From: Myxococcota bacterium | GTDB lineage: Bacteria; Myxococcota_A; UBA9160; SZUA-336 | Assembly: GCA_046754285.1 (NCBI GenBank) | Contig: JBHHVJ010000005.1 | Location: 26,330 to 90,329, forward strand | Direction: 5' to 3' | DNA length: 64,000 nucleotides | Part shown: positions 59,801 through 64,000 of the stretch, in pieces | How positions within the stretch are numbered: the first letter of the stretch is position 1 | Layout: every line of letters starts with the position of its first letter | Translations under genes and position numbers: made by a program | The notes under the pieces: model-generated | Told to the model about the DNA's origin: nothing | Database searches by the model: none | The model's input: only the letters and a program-made list of their open reading frames with translations

Positions 59801-61072
59801 ATGGCGAGGGCGATCCTCTTCGCCACGATCCTGATCGACTTCGTCGGCTTCAGCATCCTGTTGCCCGTGCTTCCCACCTACCTGCAGCGCCAGGGCTACT
59901 CCGGCGGCGAGGTGGGCTTGATCCTCGCCCTCTACGTGATCGGGCTGGTGATCTTCCTGCCGTTCTGGGGCTGGATCTCCGACCGCGTCGGGCGGCGGCC
60001 CGTGATTCTGCTCTGCCTGCTCGGCACCAGCGCCTCCTTCGCCGGCCTCGTGGTGGCCGCGAGCCTGGCGGCGTTCTGCGTCGCGCGCCTGCTCGGCGGC
60101 TTCTTCGGGGCCAGCGTGGGCACGGCGCAGGCCTACGTCACGGACATCACGGACGAAGAGGGGCGCGCACACGGGCTGGCCCTTCTCGGCGGCGCTGCGG
60201 GGGGGGGAATGGTGCTCGGTCCGGCCCTCGGCGGGATCCTCGGCGGGATCCACGAGCTGCTGCCGATCTACGTGCCGGCGCTGCTCGCGCTCGGCAACGC
60301 CGTGCTCGCGGCGTTCTTTCTCCCCGAGTCCCGCCGGGACACGATCCGCCCGGCCCGAAGCCAGCCCATCCTGCCGGCCCTGATTCCCACGCCGCTGCTC
60401 CTGCTGCTGCGGGCACACGACAACCGCACCCGGACCTATCTCTACCTGTTCTTCCACATCTTCGCGGCCTTTGCCGCGCTCGAGGCGATGTTCCCCCTCT
60501 ACGCCCGGGCGGCTCTGGGCTGGGGGGTCCTCGAGACCGGGCTCTTCCTGGGCTACCTGGGTCTGGCGATGGGGTTGACCCAGGGGCTCGCGGTCGGGCG
60601 CGCCACCGCCGCCGTGGGTGAGGTCCCGCTCGTGGTCGTGGGGCTGGCCCTCTCGGGAACCTGCCTGCTCACGCTCGCGGCCGCGCGCAGCACGCCGGCC
60701 CTGGCGCTGCTCGGCCTGGGCGTCGCGCTGGGCAACGGCCTCTACCTTCCGACCTTCACCAGCCTCTTCTCGAAGCACTGCGGCGAGGAGACCCGGAGTG
60801 GCGAGTACCTGGCGCAGAGCCAGTCGATGCTGAATACGGGCCGTGGGGTCGGCTTTCTCTGGGGTGGCTGGGCGCTCGAGCGGCTCGGGCTGACGGCTCC
60901 GTTCGTGCTGGGGGGCATCGGCATTCTGCTCGCGCTGGGCATCTTTGCCGTCGGCGTTCGCTACCTCGTGCCACGCCCCAGCCTGACCTCGGGTCATCGG
61001 GAGACACCCGAGATTCGGTATTCTCCAGTTTCCCGGGGGGGTGGAGCGAAAGAGCCCAGGAGGAGCCAATGA
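59801..61072 (+). CDS. MFS transporter (Tet/TCR-like)
   Basis: MARAILFATILIDFVGFSILLPVLP..., motif A-like GWISDRVGRRPV, about 12 hydrophobic segments. Alternative ATG at 59777. The 58244 ORF start is an artefactual upstream extension. Confidence 0.8.
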   Translation: MARAILFATILIDFVGFSILLPVLPTYLQRQGYSGGEVGLILALYVIGLVIFLPFWGWISDRVGRRPVILLCLLGTSASFAGLVVAASLAAFCVARLLGGFFGASVGTAQAYVTDITDEEGRAHGLALLGGAAGGGMVLGPALGGILGGIHELLPIYVPALLALGNAVLAAFFLPESRRDTIRPARSQPILPALIPTPLLLLLRAHDNRTRTYLYLFFHIFAAFAALEAMFPLYARAALGWGVLETGLFLGYLGLAMGLTQGLAVGRATAAVGEVPLVVVGLALSGTCLLTLAAARSTPALALLGLGVALGNGLYLPTFTSLFSKHCGEETRSGEYLAQSQSMLNTGRGVGFLWGGWALERLGLTAPFVLGGIGILLALGIFAVGVRYLVPRPSLTSGHRETPEIRYSPVSRGGGAKEPRRSQ

Positions 61073-62772
61073 GCGAGGCGGTGGAGCGAGAACGCCTGGA
61101 CGTGGACATCCTTTTCGTGGGTGCCGGACCCGCCACCCTCGCCGCTGCGATTCGGCTGGTGGATCTCTGCCGGGAGAAGGGCCGAGATCTCCCCGCGATG
61201 CTGGTAATCGAGAAGGCGTCAGAGATCGGCGAGCACCAGCTCTCGGGAGCGGTGATGAAGCCCAACGCGATCGCCGAGCTGATGCCCGACTACCGGGAGA
61301 AGGGCTTCCCCTACCACTACGAGGTCACGAAGGACCGCTTCTACTTCTTCACCCGCAAGCGCGCGATCCGGCCGCCGATCACGCCACCCCAGTTCGCCAA
61401 CCACGGCAACCTGGTGGTCTCGCTGAGCGATGTGGTCAAGTGGCTCGCGGAGCAGGCCGAGGGACGCGAGGTCGAGATCTACCCCGGCTTTCCTGCGGCC
61501 CGGCTTCTCTTCGCGGACGGGCGGGTGGCCGGTGTGCAGATCCAGGACCGGGGCGTCGACAAGGACGGCAAGCCGAAGAGCGTCTTCGAGCCCGGGCCCG
61601 AAATTCATGCCCGCTGCGTGGTCCTCGGCGAGGGCCCGCGCGGCTCGTGCACGAGGCAGCTCCTGGAGCGCTTCCCCGACCTGCAGGGTCCGAACCCGCA
61701 GGTCTTCGCCACCGGCATCAAGGAGATCTGGAGGATCAAGCCCGAGAATCACGTTCCGGGCCGCGTGATCCACACCATGGGCTGGCCGGCCGACCCGGAG
61801 ACCTTCGGTGGGTCGTGGATCTACGATCTGAAGGACTCCCTCGTGTCGATCGGCTTCGTGACGGGGCTCGATGCGAGCAGTCCCTACAACGACCCGCACG
61901 ACAACATGCAGCGTTTCAAGCTGCATCCCTTCATGCGCCGCCTGCTCAACGGCGGCGAGATCGTTCGCTACGGCGCGAAGACGATCCCGGAGGGCGGCCT
62001 GTTCAGCCAGCCACGGCTCTACGGCGACGGCGTCCTGATCGTGGGAGACTCGGCGTCGCTCTGCAACGGCGAGAAGCTCAAGGGTGTGCACATGGCGCTC
62101 AAGAGCGGAATGCTCGCGGCCGAGACCCTCTACCAGGCGCTCGAGAAGGACGACTTCTCATCGGCCACGCTCAGCCGAGTCCAGGAGCTCTACCGTGCCT
62201 CCTGGGCCTATGCCGAGCATCGGCGCTCGCGGAACTTCCACGCCGCCTGGAAGTGGGTGCACCGCATGCCGCCCTGGCTCGGCTGGGTGAGGCAGCTTCC
62301 CTTCGTGCTCAACACCGGCGTCTCGATGCTCACGGGGGGTCGGGGCCTGCAGGCACGGATCACGGCCGAGTCCGACCACACCCACTACCACCGAATCTCC
62401 GAGCTCACGCGCGGAGAGCTGGCCAAGAAGGAGAAGGTGGCCTACGACAACCGCTACACCTTCGACAAGGTGACCGCGGTGGCTCACGCTGGAGCACGTC
62501 ACGAGGTGGACCAGCCGCACCATCTGGTCGTGGCGGATCCGGAGCTCTGTTCGACGCGCTGTGCCGAGGAGTACGACAACCCCTGCGAGCACTTCTGCCC
62601 GGCCGCGGTGTACGAGATGATCGACGATGAGATGCGACCCGGTCGGAAGAAGCTCGTGATCCACCACGAGAACTGCGTCCACTGCAAGACCTGTGACATC
62701 GCTGACCCCTACCAGGTGATCACCTGGACGACTCCGGAGGGCGGAGACGGGCCGGACTACACACAGATGTGA
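61069..62772 (+). CDS. electron-transfer flavoprotein:ubiquinone oxidoreductase
   Basis: FAD motif ILFVGAGPATLAAAIRL and the C-terminal 4Fe-4S region CEHFCPAAVY...CVHCKTCDIADPYQVITWTTPEGGDGPDYTQM. Confidence 0.92.
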   Translation: MSEAVERERLDVDILFVGAGPATLAAAIRLVDLCREKGRDLPAMLVIEKASEIGEHQLSGAVMKPNAIAELMPDYREKGFPYHYEVTKDRFYFFTRKRAIRPPITPPQFANHGNLVVSLSDVVKWLAEQAEGREVEIYPGFPAARLLFADGRVAGVQIQDRGVDKDGKPKSVFEPGPEIHARCVVLGEGPRGSCTRQLLERFPDLQGPNPQVFATGIKEIWRIKPENHVPGRVIHTMGWPADPETFGGSWIYDLKDSLVSIGFVTGLDASSPYNDPHDNMQRFKLHPFMRRLLNGGEIVRYGAKTIPEGGLFSQPRLYGDGVLIVGDSASLCNGEKLKGVHMALKSGMLAAETLYQALEKDDFSSATLSRVQELYRASWAYAEHRRSRNFHAAWKWVHRMPPWLGWVRQLPFVLNTGVSMLTGGRGLQARITAESDHTHYHRISELTRGELAKKEKVAYDNRYTFDKVTAVAHAGARHEVDQPHHLVVADPELCSTRCAEEYDNPCEHFCPAAVYEMIDDEMRPGRKKLVIHHENCVHCKTCDIADPYQVITWTTPEGGDGPDYTQM

Positions 62773-62791
62773 TAGACGGACGCCGCCTGCC

Positions 62792-63145
62792 TTACGGCTC
62801 GCAGGCGTCGCCGATCCCGTCGCCGTCCTGGTCCTGCTGGCTCTTGTTCGGGGTCGTGGGGCAGTTGTCTTGCGGATCGGAGATCCCGTCGCCGTCGCCG
62901 TCCGGAGCCCGCGACTCGGGATCCGCGATCCAGTAGCCGAGCAGGGCGCCCAGCACACCCCCCGCCAGCGCACCGGCGGCCGCCGCACCCCCGTCGTCCA
63001 CGCCCGCACCGGCCACGGCCCCCGCAACACCGCCCAGCAGCGCTCCATCCTTGACGCCGGGGGTCGCACAGGCGAGGAGGACGAGCAGAGCCGCGAGGCC
63101 CGGAGCCCGCACGCCAGAGGATCGCGTCGCGATCCGGGACGACAC
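62792..63145 (-). CDS. small lipoprotein with glycine-zipper segment and thrombospondin type-3-like Ca-binding repeats
   Basis: Lipobox LLAC, a GxxxG-rich segment ([33 protein letters not shown]), then [15 protein letters not shown]...[15 protein letters not shown] start. Confidence 0.6.
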   Translation of the reverse strand: MSSRIATRSSGVRAPGLAALLVLLACATPGVKDGALLGGVAGAVAGAGVDDGGAAAAGALAGGVLGALLGYWIADPESRAPDGDGDGISDPQDNCPTTPNKSQQDQDGDGIGDACEP

Positions 63146-63150
63146 GAGGC

Positions 63151-64000
63151 TCAGCCGCAGCCCCCCGTCTCACCGCAGTTCGGACAGCTGTAGCAGGCGC
63201 CGGCTCTCTGCATGATCGTGCCGCAGTCCGTGCAGGGAGGGGCGTCTTCGTGACCCACGAGCGCCACATCACTCTGGCTCCCGCCGCGAATCGGCACGAC
63301 CCGCTCCCGGGACCCAGGGACCGGCGCGGGGGCGCCGACGTTGGTCTGGGCCTCGCCGAGCTGCGCATCGGGATCCGCCGCATCGGCCTCTCCGCTCAAG
63401 AAGGTCAGCCCGAGCCAGCGGAAGACGTAGTCGGTCACCGACTTGGCAAAGGGAATCGCGCTGTTCTGCGTGAAGCCCGACGGCTCGAAGCGCGTGTGGC
63501 TGAACTTGTCCACGAGCGCCTTGAGCGGGACGCCGTACTGCAACGCGATCGAGGTCATGATCGCGACGGTGTCCATCAGGCCCGAGATCGTGGAGCCCTC
63601 CTTGGCCATCTTGAGGAAGACCTCACCGGGCTGGCCGTCCTCGTAGAGGCCGACCGTGAGGTAGCCGTCGTGGCCCGCGATCGAGAACTTGTGTGTCACG
63701 GCCTCCCGAACATCCGGCAGCTTCCGGCGCAGCGGTCGCACCTCGCCGTCGCCTGAGGCCGCCTGGGCGGGCTCGTCCTCCTGACGCGTGCTGAGCGGCT
63801 GGGTGCGCTTGGAGCCGTCCCGATAGATCGCGAGCGCCTTGAGCCCCAGCTTCCAGCCCTCCAGATACGCGGCCTCGATGTCCTCGACCGTCGACTCCTT
63901 GGGCATGTTCACGGTCTTGGAGATTCCGCCCGAGAGGAACGGCTGCACCGCACCCATCATCCGAAGATGACCCAGGTAGTGAATGACACGGGAACCTCGA
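63151..64000 (-). CDS. nrdJ: vitamin-B12-dependent (class II) ribonucleotide reductase, C-terminal part (5' end beyond window)
   Basis: The frame is open to the window edge (…[29 protein letters not shown]…[12 protein letters not shown]…). Cys-rich tail [27 protein letters not shown]. Confidence 0.88.
   Translation of the reverse strand, partial: RGSRVIHYLGHLRMMGAVQPFLSGGISKTVNMPKESTVEDIEAAYLEGWKLGLKALAIYRDGSKRTQPLSTRQEDEPAQAASGDGEVRPLRRKLPDVREAVTHKFSIAGHDGYLTVGLYEDGQPGEVFLKMAKEGSTISGLMDTVAIMTSIALQYGVPLKALVDKFSHTRFEPSGFTQNSAIPFAKSVTDYVFRWLGLTFLSGEADAADPDAQLGEAQTNVGAPAPVPGSRERVVPIRGGSQSDVALVGHEDAPPCTDCGTIMQRAGACYSCPNCGETGGCG

Overview
The window is very GC-rich and densely packed, and it is mostly housekeeping DNA. 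The host appears to be a diderm (outer-membrane) bacterium, because bamD, lolA, lgt, mltG, an SLT transglycosylase, pilT and mreB are all present. I could not run any searches, so every call rests on reading the supplied translations for family motifs and reading the DNA by eye.

I support about 65 CDSs, one tRNA-Gln(UUG), and a few promoter, terminator and repeat elements. I saw no rRNA, no CRISPR array and no transposase or integrase gene.

Major blocks:
- Minus strand, 9.1-16.0 kb: rpsF-rpsR-rplI-dnaB-ldcA-(serine hydrolase)-mpl-efp.
- Minus strand, 16.3-22.9 kb: ispE-tRNAGln-prs-rplY-pth-hppA.
- Minus strand, 23.9-31.4 kb: pgpA-cinA-thpR-recA, then pilT and alaS.
- 31.5-35.3 kb: a HEAT / HD-GYP / HEAT cluster.
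- 38.9-45.4 kb: a complete actinobacterial-style Pup-proteasome locus (arc-dop-pup-prcB-prcA-pafA).
- Remainder: lolA-ftsK-uppP, ssb, pilZ-radC-moaC, patatin-cca-lgt, an MFS transporter, ETF-QO, and the 3' part of nrdJ.

Items most worth a second look:
1. 6053-7875: a single polypeptide that fuses an HgcA-like corrinoid domain, a membrane domain and an HgcB-like ferredoxin. It is start/stop-overlapped with a SAM methyltransferase. It has an altered cap-helix motif and lacks the HgcB C-terminal Cys pair.
2. 16186-16347: a 162-bp rod-like palindromic element with 20-bp terminal inverted repeats flanked by TA. It sits exactly between the hppA stop codon and a 17-bp hairpin. It is either a MITE-like insertion or a structured RNA.
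3. The Pup-proteasome operon on a contig that also encodes outer-membrane biogenesis genes, preceded by an unexplained 572-bp non-coding leader.

Many long ORFs in the six-frame track are antisense or alternative-frame artefacts of high GC content and were rejected.
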